Shown here in pieces: positions 10,017 through 18,432 of a stretch of DNA of 64,000 nt. This stretch comes from an uncultured Acidobacteriota bacterium. GTDB taxonomy: Bacteria; Acidobacteriota; Thermoanaerobaculia; UBA5066. The notes under the pieces were generated by a model. It searched no databases, was not told the origin of the DNA, and was given only the letters and a program-made list of their open reading frames with translations. The stretch's first letter is position 1. The number at the start of each line of letters is the position of its first letter. Position numbers and translations under genes: made by a program. Where the stretch lies: the NCBI GenBank assembly GCA_963779415.1, contig CAVZYA010000002.1, positions 1,632,001 through 1,696,000 of the forward strand. The letters are read 5' to 3'.

Positions 10017-11657
10017 TCAGCCGCGGGCGCGAAGACGTCCCAGCTTCCGGACGACCTCGCCGGTCGGGAGAGCGTTCAGGACGTCGGCCGCGGCGAAGCC
10101 GGCCTTACGGGCCGCGGCGACACCCCACCGGACGTCGAGAAGGCCGTCGAGGTCGTGAGCGTCGGGGTTGATCGACGTGAAGACGCCGTGCCGCCGCGCC
10201 TCGGCTCCCATCCGCCAGTCGAGGTCGAGCCGCCAGGGCGACGCGTTCAATTCCACCCCGCACCCCGCCTCGCCGGCGGCCGCGAGGACCGCCGGGAGGT
10301 CGACGTCGAACCCTTCCCGCGCCAGGAGAAGCCGCCCCGTCGCATGCCCGAGCATCGTCACGCGCGGGTTCCGGACGGCGCGGACGAGACGGGCCGTCTG
10401 GTCGGAGCGGGAGAGACGGAAGGCCGAGTGGACGGAGGCGATGACGAAGTCGAAGCCGGCGAGGAAGTCATCGCCGTAGTCGATCGAGCCGTCGGGAAGG
10501 ATGTCCGCCTCCGTTCCCCGGAAGATCGTGAGAGCCGGAAACTCCGGACGGAGCGCATCGATCTCGGCCCACTGCTCGCGGACCCTTTCGGGCGAAAGGC
10601 CGCGGGCGTACGCCGCCGCCGGAGAGTGGTCCGTGATGCCGAGGTAGTCATGTCCCAGCTCGACGGCGCTCCGGAAGAGCTCCTCCAGCGTCGCCGTTCC
10701 GTCCGACCACGTCGAGTGGACGTGGAAAAGGCCGCGAATGTCGGAAGGGGCGAGGAGGCTCGGAAGAGACCCCGCGGCCGCCTGCTCCACCTCGCCGCGC
10801 CCCTCGCGCAGCTCGGGAGGAATCGGAGCGAGTCCGAGACGTTCGTAGAGCGCCGATTCTTCGAATGAGGGGGAATGGAGCACGCCGTCCGTGTCGCGCT
10901 TCTCGAGTGCCGAAAGGTGCGCGTCTGCCCCCGTTGACCCTAGAAGACGATTCCCGAAATCGTTCATCGGCCCCGCGTCGAGGGTCACGGGCGGGGCGCC
11001 GGGCTTTTCGGGGATCGGCGGGAGCTTCTCCGGTTTCTCGCAGGCAACGACGAGGACGACGGAGGAGACCGTCTCGCATCCGCGCCGCAGCTCTCCCGCG
11101 ATCTCGACGCGGGTCACGCCCGCGCCCTTCGCGGCAGGGGATCGAAGCAGGCTGAGGGCTTCCTCCGCCCGGGCCTCGGCGTCCGGAAGCCGCCAGCGCC
11201 CCTCCGTCGACCGGACGAACCGGAGCCCTTCCGTGATTCTCTCCTGCGTCTTCGCGCCGAAGCCGGCGAGCGCGACGAGGCGGTTTTCGCGGATGGCGTA
11301 CTCCAGCTCGCCGAGCGACGTCACCCCCAGCTCCTTCCAGAGCGCGGCCGCCTTCTTCGTCCCGAGCCCCGGGATCCGGAGAAGGTCGGGAAGCGTCGCC
11401 GGGACCTCCTTTTCGAGCGAGGCGAGGGCCGGCGAAGAGCCGGTCTCGAGGAGAGCTGTGATCTCCGCCGCGATCGAGGCCCCGATCCCCTTCACGGAGA
11501 CGAGCTTTCCGTCGCGGACGAGCGACGGAAGGTCGGAAAGACCCGCGACGGTGGTCGCGGCGTTCTCGAAGGCCCGCACCTTGAACGGGTTCTCCCCCTT
11601 CAGCGCGAGGAGCCCGGCGATCCGCTCGAGGGCGGCGGAGACGGCGTCGCGGTCCAC
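10017..11657 (-). CDS. polX: DNA polymerase X family-PHP protein (non-canonical polymerase site)
   Basis: GENPFKVRAF, HhH motifs VKGIG/IPGLG, PPELRE; PHP motifs HVHSTWSDG, TDHS, GHATGR, DAH. Confidence 0.9.
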   Translation of the reverse strand: MDRDAVSAALERIAGLLALKGENPFKVRAFENAATTVAGLSDLPSLVRDGKLVSVKGIGASIAAEITALLETGSSPALASLEKEVPATLPDLLRIPGLGTKKAAALWKELGVTSLGELEYAIRENRLVALAGFGAKTQERITEGLRFVRSTEGRWRLPDAEARAEEALSLLRSPAAKGAGVTRVEIAGELRRGCETVSSVVLVVACEKPEKLPPIPEKPGAPPVTLDAGPMNDFGNRLLGSTGADAHLSALEKRDTDGVLHSPSFEESALYERLGLAPIPPELREGRGEVEQAAAGSLPSLLAPSDIRGLFHVHSTWSDGTATLEELFRSAVELGHDYLGITDHSPAAAYARGLSPERVREQWAEIDALRPEFPALTIFRGTEADILPDGSIDYGDDFLAGFDFVIASVHSAFRLSRSDQTARLVRAVRNPRVTMLGHATGRLLLAREGFDVDLPAVLAAAGEAGCGVELNASPWRLDLDWRMGAEARRHGVFTSINPDAHDLDGLLDVRWGVAAARKAGFAAADVLNALPTGEVVRKLGRLRARG

Positions 11658-11674
11658 GCGGGTAGGATAGTCGG

Positions 11675-12550
11675 ATGGAAAGCTTCGGCGGCGCCGACCT
11701 CCACTGCCACTCGGTCTTCTCGGACGGCGTCGAGACGCCCGCCTCGCTCGTCGCCCGCGCCGTGAAGGCGGGCCTTTCGGCGCTCGCCCTTTCGGACCAC
11801 GACGCGGTCAACGGCCTCCCGGATTTCGAAGCGGCCGCCGTCGGGACGTCGATGATTCCGGTTCCGGCCGCGGAGCTCTCGACGCGCTGCAACGGCGAGG
11901 ACGTCCACCTCCTCGGCCTTTTCGTCGACCCCCTGGAGCCGGATTTCGCGGCGCGGCTCGCACAGATGCGCCGCGAGCGGGATCTGCGGGGGGAAGCGAT
12001 GGTGGAGAAGCTGGCGGCGCTCGGTTTTCCGCTCGAGCTCGCGTCGATCCGCCACGTCGTTGGAGAGGGAACCTTCGGCCGGCCGCACGTCGCCCGTGCC
12101 ATGGTGGCCGCCGGCCACGTCAAGTGCGTCGAGGAGGCCTTCGAGAAATACCTGACGAAAGGAAGACCCGGCTACGTGCCGAAGCCGAAGTGGACGCTCG
12201 CGGAGGCGATCGCCGCGGTCCGCCGGGCCGGAGGGCTCTCCGTCATCGCGCATCCGATCTGGTACGCCGACCCCGAGAAGATCGTCGCGCAGGGGGTCGA
12301 GGCGGGGCTCGACGGCCTCGAGGTGGTCCACACGGATCACAACGGAGCGGCCACCGGGGAGTTCGCCCGGATCGCCGACCGCTACCGCCTCCTCCGGTCG
12401 GCCGGGTCGGACTTCCACGCCGACATCGAAGGCGGCAAGGGCGTCGGCGCCTGCCGGCTCGGCCTCGCCGAGTGGGAGCGCCTCGCGGAGGCCGCCGTCC
12501 GCCGCCGCGCCGAAACGGGCCGACCGCCCGTAGATTTCTCGCCACGTTGA
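11675..12550 (+). CDS. PHP-domain phosphoesterase (TrpH/YciV-like)
   Basis: DLHCHSVFSDG, SDHD, HLLG, GRPHVA, AHP, GSDFH. Confidence 0.92.
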   Translation: MESFGGADLHCHSVFSDGVETPASLVARAVKAGLSALALSDHDAVNGLPDFEAAAVGTSMIPVPAAELSTRCNGEDVHLLGLFVDPLEPDFAARLAQMRRERDLRGEAMVEKLAALGFPLELASIRHVVGEGTFGRPHVARAMVAAGHVKCVEEAFEKYLTKGRPGYVPKPKWTLAEAIAAVRRAGGLSVIAHPIWYADPEKIVAQGVEAGLDGLEVVHTDHNGAATGEFARIADRYRLLRSAGSDFHADIEGGKGVGACRLGLAEWERLAEAAVRRRAETGRPPVDFSPR

Positions 12551-13644
12551 TGCGAGGAGTGACCCTCCAAGTATGCTTCGCCGGCGCACTCGCGATCACG
12601 GTCGCTTCCTGCTCCCGCCGGACGTCTTTTTCTCCCTCCCTTGCGGAGGGGCCCACGACGATCGAAGCAATCGACGCCGAGCTCCACCGCCTGGAGGCGG
12701 CCGGTTTCACCGGAGTCGTCCTTCTCGCCAAGGGAGACCACGTGGTCCTCGAGCGGGGATACGGATTCGCCGATCGCGAGCGGCGCCGCGCAATGACCCC
12801 GACGACCGGTTTCGACATCGGCTCACTCACCAAACCTTTTACGGCTGCTGCGATTCTGACCCTCGAGCGCGACGGGAAGCTCCATCGCGGCGACACGCTC
12901 GATCGATATTTTCCTTCTGCGCCCGCCGACAAGAGGGCGATCACGATTGCGCAGCTTCTCGCCCACTCCTCCGGCCTCGCCGACATCGTCGATGCGCGCG
13001 GACGTGCGACGCGGTACACGCCGGACTTCGACTACGAGCCCGTCACGCGCGACGAAATCGTGCAGCGGGCGCTGGCGAGTACTCTCCTCTTCCCGCCCGG
13101 CACCAAGATCCACTACTCGAATCTCGGCTACAGCCTTCTCGGCGTCGTGATCGAGATCGCGTCGAACGAGTCGTATGAGGCGTACGTGCGGCGTGCGATC
13201 TTCGAGCCGTCGGGGATGAAGCGAACCGGCTACGGCCTCGCCGGCTGGTCTTCAGACGAACTGGCCACGGGCTATGTCGACGGCAAGCGCTGGGGGACGC
13301 CACTGGAGCACCCGTGGCTCGCGGACGGCCCATCATGGAACCTGCGCGCCAACGGCGGGATGCTCTCGGACGCGCGTGAGCTTTTTTCGTGGCTCCGTGC
13401 CGTCGATCGGGGCGCCGTGCTTCAGGGCGAAGCGAAGAAGGCGTTCTTCGATCTGTCCGTCCACGTCACGAAACGCGGCTCGCGTGTGATGGGTCCCGCC
13501 GGCGGCAACGACGTGTTTGACGCGGTATACGCCTGGTTCCTCGACGAAGGGCGTATTGCGATCATCCTCGCGAGCGATCCGCGCGTACGCGCAGAGGACG
13601 TGATGCCTCCTTTGCTCGGGGCCATGCGGGCGGCGGGCCTGTAG
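12550..13644 (+). CDS. Serine hydrolase, beta-lactamase/AmpC-like family
   Basis: FDIGSLTK (SxxK), LLAHSSGL, YSNLGY (YxN); possible lipoprotein signal. ATG overlaps the upstream TGA. Confidence 0.88.
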   Translation: MRGVTLQVCFAGALAITVASCSRRTSFSPSLAEGPTTIEAIDAELHRLEAAGFTGVVLLAKGDHVVLERGYGFADRERRRAMTPTTGFDIGSLTKPFTAAAILTLERDGKLHRGDTLDRYFPSAPADKRAITIAQLLAHSSGLADIVDARGRATRYTPDFDYEPVTRDEIVQRALASTLLFPPGTKIHYSNLGYSLLGVVIEIASNESYEAYVRRAIFEPSGMKRTGYGLAGWSSDELATGYVDGKRWGTPLEHPWLADGPSWNLRANGGMLSDARELFSWLRAVDRGAVLQGEAKKAFFDLSVHVTKRGSRVMGPAGGNDVFDAVYAWFLDEGRIAIILASDPRVRAEDVMPPLLGAMRAAGL

Positions 13645-13657
13645 AGCCGGCTCGAAA

Positions 13658-13686
13658 GCACGGGGGTCACGACGGCACGGGGGTCA
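13658..13686. repeat. Direct repeat GCACGGGGGTCA x2 (period 17) at the left tip of the remnant element
   Basis: Copies at 13658-13669 and 13675-13686. Confidence 0.85.
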
Positions 13687-13952
13687 GGTCTTGCACCTTT
13701 AGTCTGCTGTCAGCAGTAAGCCGACCGGTTCGACTGGAGTTCCCCGGCGCTGTCTGGCACGTCACCTCTCGCGGCTACGAATGGCGGGACGTCTTTCGGG
13801 ACGATCGGGACCGGGAATGGTTTCTCACCGTCCTCGGCCGAGCCGATTCCCTCCGCCGCTGGCGACGCAAGGCCGACGCTCTTGAAGGAACCCGATAGGA
13901 TCTGGAAGGAGATCTCAGAAGGAGAGTAGAACAGAGGTGGAAGACCTGGCCA
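13681..13952 (+). mobile_element. Internally deleted Y1/RAYT-like element (MITE-like remnant) with imperfect terminal inverted repeats
   Basis: IR 13681-13708 vs 13925-13952 match at 21/28 by hand alignment and enclose a transposase N-terminal fragment. Confidence 0.8.
13716..13898 (+). pseudogene. Truncated Y1/RAYT-like transposase fragment (not in the ORF track)
   Basis: The GTA-start frame reads VSRPVRLEFPGAVWHVTSRGYEWRDVFRDDRDREWFLTVLGR...TR*. It is homologous to the N-termini at 15097 and 58868 and stops just before the HUH motif. Confidence 0.9.
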
Positions 13953-13986
13953 TCATGAACTCTCATGAACTATGCCCTCATGAACT
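13953..13986. repeat. TCATGAACT x3 direct repeats
   Basis: Copies at 13953, 13963 and 13978, immediately outside the right IR of the remnant. Confidence 0.85.
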
Positions 13987-14016
13987 ACGGGGTTTCGACA
14001 GAGTCGAGACGGGTTC

Positions 14017-14046
14017 TTGACAGCCTCGGGGAAATGCGGATAGATT
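14017..14046 (+). promoter_or_regulatory. sigma70-type promoter
   Basis: TTGACA (14017-14022)-18 nt-TAGATT (14041-14046) upstream of the 14119 CDS. Confidence 0.6.
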
Positions 14047-14118
14047 GCTTTCAAGAGATTATGGAAAGGGGAGGACCAGCTCTTCTCGCGGGTCTTCCCC
14101 GTACGAAGGGAGGAAGAG

Positions 14119-14985
14119 GTGAAAAAACTGATGGTGACCCTGTCGGCTCTGCTCCTGCTGGCAGGAGCCCAGAATGCGGTGGCGGCCACGTTTGCTGTCT
14201 GGCTGGACGGAAACGTCACCCCCGGCGGTGGCGGTAGCGGTATCCCCTCGAGTCTGGAACACGCCTTCGGCTCGGGATCTGTGACCCTGGTGACCACTGC
14301 ACAGCTGGAGACGCCCGGCTTCCTCAATGCGTTCGACGCCGTCGTCGTCAGCCGATACGACGCCGCCTTCGGCACCGCCTTGAGCCCGGCGGCAGCTGCC
14401 AACATCGTGACGTACGTCGGAACCGGTGCTGGCCAGGGGGGCGTCGCCATCTTCCCGAACGACCTCGCCGACAACCTCTACGGGGCGGCAACTGGTGACC
14501 CGTTCGATGCAAACCTGGACCGGCTGTTCACCAATGCCGCCACGTTCGCGGCCGCCAGCCATCATGGATTCATCGCCGAGTTCAATGGCGCGGTGATGGC
14601 CGTGACCTCGAACACGGCCGGGTGGCCCGCCATGGGCCTTCTTCCCGGCGCGGCGAACGCCGTTCACGGTGTCAGCACGCCCGACGGACATTTCCACTGG
14701 GACGTGGGACCCATCGGCTCGGATAATGCGATCGACGCCGGCGTCACCTTCCCGTTCACCGACGCTGATGTCACGCTTTTCCGGACCGACATCACCGGGG
14801 CTTCTTCGAGCAACATTGTCGACGTCTTCGACGACAACGGCCTGCCCGCCCTGCTGGCCAATCAAGTCGTCATCAACGGGGGGGGCGCTCTCGCGGTCCC
14901 GGCGCTGGACCCCATCGCACGGACGGTCTTCACCGGTCTCCTAGCGGCCGCCGGGTTCCTTCTCGTAAAGCGCATAGCCAGCTGA
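14119..14985 (+). CDS. Secreted protein with IPTL-CTERM/PEP-CTERM-like sorting tail
   Basis: Signal peptide MKKLMVTL...AVA; C-terminal AVPALDP + hydrophobic helix + KR. Confidence 0.8.
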   Translation: MKKLMVTLSALLLLAGAQNAVAATFAVWLDGNVTPGGGGSGIPSSLEHAFGSGSVTLVTTAQLETPGFLNAFDAVVVSRYDAAFGTALSPAAAANIVTYVGTGAGQGGVAIFPNDLADNLYGAATGDPFDANLDRLFTNAATFAAASHHGFIAEFNGAVMAVTSNTAGWPAMGLLPGAANAVHGVSTPDGHFHWDVGPIGSDNAIDAGVTFPFTDADVTLFRTDITGASSSNIVDVFDDNGLPALLANQVVINGGGALAVPALDPIARTVFTGLLAAAGFLLVKRIAS

Positions 14986-15006
14986 GCCGTCTGGCCGTAG
15001 GAGTCG

Positions 15007-15037
15007 AAGAGAGGGGGGCGGGGCCCCCCTTTTTCTT
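15007..15037 (+). terminator. Intrinsic terminator
   Basis: AGGGGGGC-GGG-GCCCCCCT followed by TTTTCTT. Confidence 0.8.
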
Positions 15038-15038
15038 G

Positions 15039-15068
15039 AGCGCGTTAGGGTCAAGCGCGTTAGGGTCA
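15039..15068. repeat. Tandem repeat AGCGCGTTAGGGTCA x2 at the left element tip
   Basis: Exact copies at 15039-15053 and 15054-15068. Confidence 0.9.
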
Positions 15069-16083
15069 GGTCCCATATCTGTAGTATACTGAGACGGTGA
15101 GCCGACCTCTCCGACTGGAATTCCCGGGTGCGGTCTGGCACGTGACCTGCCGCGGCAACGAGCGGCGGGAGGTCTTTCGCGACGACAGTGACCGCGAGCG
15201 TTTTCTCGGCGTTCTCGGCCGGACCGTCTCGCTCTTCCGCTTTCGGCTCCACGCCTACGTGTTGATGGGGAACCACTATCACCTGCTGGTCGAAACGCCG
15301 GAGCCGACACTCTCCCGCGGCATGCGCCAGCTCAACGGCGTCTATACGCAGGCCTTCAATCGGGCTCACCGGAGAGTGGGACATCTCTTTCAGGGTCGCT
15401 TCAAGGCCATCCTCGTCGAGAAGGAAGCCCACCTTCTCGAGCTCTGCCGGTACGTCGTGCTCAACCCTGTCCGTGCGGGGATCGTCCGAACCGCCAGGGG
15501 CTGGCCGTGGAGCAGCTACCGGGCGACGGCGGGCCTCGTGGAGTGCCCGGAGTGGCTCGAGACCGGCTGGACGCTCGAGCAGTTTGGAGGAACGCGGGTA
15601 AGGGCCCTGGAGGCCTACCGGCGATTCGTGTCAGACGGAAGACAAAGCGCCTACGAGCCCTGGAAGAGCATAGAGGGGCAGATCTTCCTCGGATCGAAGG
15701 AGTTTCGGAGAAGGACGATTCGGCAGGCGTTGGCGGGCCGAAAGAGCCGGGGAGTGCCGAAAGTCCAGCGTCTTGCGGCGTCCAGGAGCCGGGACGAGCT
15801 GTTTCGGGAATGCCTGGAGGCTCTCGGACGGGACCGGGAGAGCCTCGCGAGCCGGACGCGCCTTCTGGCGGAAGAGCGGAAGGCGGTGGCGGCGATCCTT
15901 CGGCGGCGGGGCCTGATGAAGCTGACGGAGATCGGGGGGTTGCTGGGGGTTGGAGAAGGACAGGCGGGGCTGATGGCGAAACAGGGCGAATCGGCTCTTC
16001 GGGAAGACACCGGCTTGAGGCGGCGGCTGGGAGAACTGGCCGACGAAGCTTCGGAGTAGACTGTAGAAATGGGACCTGACCCC
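15062..16083 (+). mobile_element. Y1/HUH RAYT-like element with 29-bp inverted repeats
   Basis: IR 15062-15090 vs 16055-16083 match at 24/29. The right IR overlaps the stop codon. Confidence 0.85.
15097..16059 (+). CDS. Y1 (HUH) tyrosine transposase, RAYT/TnpA_REP-like, with C-terminal HTH-like extension
   Basis: WHVTCRGNER, NHYHLL (HUH), GHLFQGRFK, RYVVLNPVRAG, WPWSSY. Confidence 0.92.
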   Translation: MSRPLRLEFPGAVWHVTCRGNERREVFRDDSDRERFLGVLGRTVSLFRFRLHAYVLMGNHYHLLVETPEPTLSRGMRQLNGVYTQAFNRAHRRVGHLFQGRFKAILVEKEAHLLELCRYVVLNPVRAGIVRTARGWPWSSYRATAGLVECPEWLETGWTLEQFGGTRVRALEAYRRFVSDGRQSAYEPWKSIEGQIFLGSKEFRRRTIRQALAGRKSRGVPKVQRLAASRSRDELFRECLEALGRDRESLASRTRLLAEERKAVAAILRRRGLMKLTEIGGLLGVGEGQAGLMAKQGESALREDTGLRRRLGELADEASE

Positions 16084-16130
16084 TCTGAGACTTGACCCCT
16101 CTGAGACTGACCCCTCTGAGACGCTGAGAC
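16077..16130. repeat. Tandem repeat TGACCCCTCTGAGAC x3 plus partial at the right element tip
   Basis: Copies at 16077-16091, 16093-16107 and 16108-16122; partial CTGAGAC at 16124-16130. Confidence 0.92.
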
Positions 16131-16141
16131 GAAGCCCGGAA

Positions 16142-16165
16142 CCAGAAAAAAGGAGACCTGAACCC
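16142..16165 (-). repeat. Solo end-motif copy
   Basis: Reverse complement GGGTTCAGGTCTCCTTTTTTCTGG resembles GGGTCAGGTCTCATTTTTCTGG at 58833. Confidence 0.7.
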
Positions 16166-16684
16166 GTGACCTGCAATCGACGCGCTGCATTCACCCGGAC
16201 GGCTTCGCTCCTTCTCGGAGCGCTCCTCGTCTCCTTCCCGGGGAGCCCGGCCCGGCCCGACGGGCCTGCTCCGCCTTCCGTGCCGGGCGACTCGTGGCCG
16301 GGCGCGGAGCGGATGACGCCGGAAGAGCTCGTTCGGATCCTCCGCTCCCCGGGCGCGGAGAAGCCGGCGATCTTTCACGTCGGGTTCCGCGTCCTCTTCG
16401 CGCAGGCGCACATCCCCGGGTCGCAGTACGCCGGGCCCGGGATGAAACAGGCGGGGCTCGACGCGCTTCGAAAGGCCGTCGCATCGACGGCGAAGACGAA
16501 ATTGATCGTCCTTTACTGCGGCTGCTGTCCGTGGGAACGTTGCCCGAACCTCGAGCAGCCGTGGAGGACACTCATGGCGGCCGGGTTCACTCGCGTGAAG
16601 GTCCTCTACATACCGAAGAACTTCGGCCAGGACTGGGTCCAGAAAGGCTACCCCGTGGAGGCGGGCGATCCGGGCCGTGGTTGA
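16166..16684 (+). CDS. Exported rhodanese-like domain protein
   Basis: HIPGS, IVLYCGCCPWERCPN, GFTRVKVL, W...GYPVE; signal-like N-terminus. Confidence 0.85.
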   Translation: MTCNRRAAFTRTASLLLGALLVSFPGSPARPDGPAPPSVPGDSWPGAERMTPEELVRILRSPGAEKPAIFHVGFRVLFAQAHIPGSQYAGPGMKQAGLDALRKAVASTAKTKLIVLYCGCCPWERCPNLEQPWRTLMAAGFTRVKVLYIPKNFGQDWVQKGYPVEAGDPGRG

Positions 16685-17201
16685 GAGAGCCGCCGGCACG
16701 GTCGCGCTCCTGCTCCGGGCCATGGCCTTCGCGGGTCTCCTCGCACCCGTCGCTCGCGGCGCCGATGCGCCTCCGCCGAAGATCGGCGGACCGGCGCCGA
16801 GGCTCGGGCTGGTCGACCTGGACGGAGCGCCGCTCGATCTGGCCTCGCTTCGTGGAAAGGTCGTCGTCGTCGATTTCTGGGCAACCTGGTGCGCACCGTG
16901 CCGCTCCCAGGTGCCTCGTTTCGTGGAGCTCCAGGCGAAGTACCGCGAGAAGGGTCTCGAGGTCGTCGGGATCTCTCTCGACGATTCTCCGGCGCCGGTT
17001 CGCGAGTTCCGCCGCCGGTACGGGATGACATATCGGGTCGCCCTCGGCGACGAGAAGGTGGCCGAGCGCTGGGGAGGAATCCTCGGGCTGCCCGTGGCCT
17101 TCGTCGTCGACCGGGCGGGGCGGCTTCGCGCCCGGCATGAGGGAGAGGGGGATCTCGCCGCCATCGAGCGGGATGTCGTTCGGCTGCTCGGGGAGAAGTG
17201 A
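16677..17201 (+). CDS. TlpA-family thiol-disulfide oxidoreductase
   Basis: LRGKVVVVDFWATWCAPC, GLPVAFVVDR. Confidence 0.92.
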   Translation: MVERAAGTVALLLRAMAFAGLLAPVARGADAPPPKIGGPAPRLGLVDLDGAPLDLASLRGKVVVVDFWATWCAPCRSQVPRFVELQAKYREKGLEVVGISLDDSPAPVREFRRRYGMTYRVALGDEKVAERWGGILGLPVAFVVDRAGRLRARHEGEGDLAAIERDVVRLLGEK

Positions 17202-17215
17202 CGCGGCAAGCGGCC

Positions 17216-17284
17216 GGAGGGTCAGGTCTTGCACCTGTAGTCTGCTGGCGGATTGAAGCGGGTCGCGCCTCTTTCTGACCCTCC
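17216..17284. repeat. Solo end-motif / REPIN-like inverted doublet
   Basis: 17219-17247 matches 13681-13709 at 28/29. GGAGGGTCAG (17216-17225) pairs with CTGACCCTCC (17275-17284). Confidence 0.8.
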
Positions 17285-17361
17285 CGACCCCTCGATTTAA
17301 TAGACTCAACGGTGAATTCACCGCCCAGGGGGGTGCCCCTGCCTGAAATCCAGAAAGGAGA

Positions 17362-18418
17362 TTGCTCGTGAGAGGAAACCTCGGCGTGAGCTTTGTTCTG
17401 GCTCTGGCCGTCGCGACGCTTCCGAAGGCGGCCAGCCCTCAGCAGGTCGAGAAGAAGGACTGTATCTTCCTTTCGAGCCTTCATCAGACGTCCCGCGGAA
17501 TGGGTTACTGGTACGACAAGAAGAACGGCGGCCTGGAGATCGCTCACCGGTGTTCCCTACTCGGAGTTGAGCTGCAAGAACTGTCACGTCGCCTCGTGCG
17601 ACGGCTGCCACAGGACGGAGATCGGGGGCAAAGCCGGGTATTCCACGAAGGCGGCGAAGGATCAGGGGCTCTGTCTGAAGTGCCACGGCCGCGAGGCCGC
17701 GACGATGAAGACGGACAAGGCCCAGAACCAGGTAGACGTCCACGTTCAGGCCGGCCTGCAGTGCATGGACTGTCACACGGGGAGCGACGTCCATGGCGAC
17801 GGCTCCGAGTACGCGTCGATGAAGCAGCCCGGGGCGATCGCCCCGAAGTGTGAAAACTGCCATGCAAAGGTGACCCGGAGCCTGTCGCACACGGTCCATT
17901 CCGGGAATCTCGACTGCAAGGCGTGCCACGTGCGCCAGGTCGTGAGCTGCACGAACTGTCACTTCGAAACGCTCGTCAAGACGGGCCAGCGTGTCTCCGT
18001 TCCCATGTCCGGCTGGATCTTCCTGATGAACGGAGACGGGAGGGTGACTTCGGCGAACATGCAGACGTTCGTCGTGCCGGGCAAGAAGACCTTCCTGATG
18101 TTCGCCCCCCAGTTCAGCCATTCCGTCACGAAGAACGGGAGGCGCTGCGAGGAGTGTCACGCCACGGAAGCGGCCGCGGAGGCCCGGTCGAAGAACGTGA
18201 AGCTTCTCTGGCTCGACAAGGGGGGAGTGCAGCAGGCCAAGGGCGTGATCCCCGTGGCGGCCGGCGCCCGTTACGGGCTCGTGTTCCAGGACTTTCAGGA
18301 CGGGAAGTGGAGCGTCATCGAGAATCCGGCGGAGCCGGTGATCCACTATGCCGGCTTTGGCGAACCGCTTTCGGACGCCCAGCTCGCGAAACTGGCGACG
18401 CCGCAGAAGATGAAGTGA
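17362..18418 (+). CDS. Periplasmic multiheme (8 x CxxCH) cytochrome c, with a frameshift near 17545
   Basis: Signal peptide and CIFLSSLH..GMGYWY in the 17362 frame. CKNCH, CDGCH, CLKCH, CMDCH, CENCH, CKACH, CTNCH, CEECH in the 17393 frame. Confidence 0.88.
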
Positions 18419-18432
18419 GGCCGGCGCCCCGG

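Noticed and set aside
12550-13644. Bona fide antibiotic-resistance beta-lactamase
   Set aside because: SxxK and YxN are present, but there is no clear KTG motif; it is more likely a generic serine hydrolase.
15097-16059. IS200/IS605 element with TnpB or an RNA guide
   Set aside because: No tnpB/iscB ORF follows either transposase, and the ends are long IRs.
16077-16130. Tandem repeats as a CRISPR array
   Set aside because: Units are 14-17 nt and contiguous, with no unique spacers and no cas genes.
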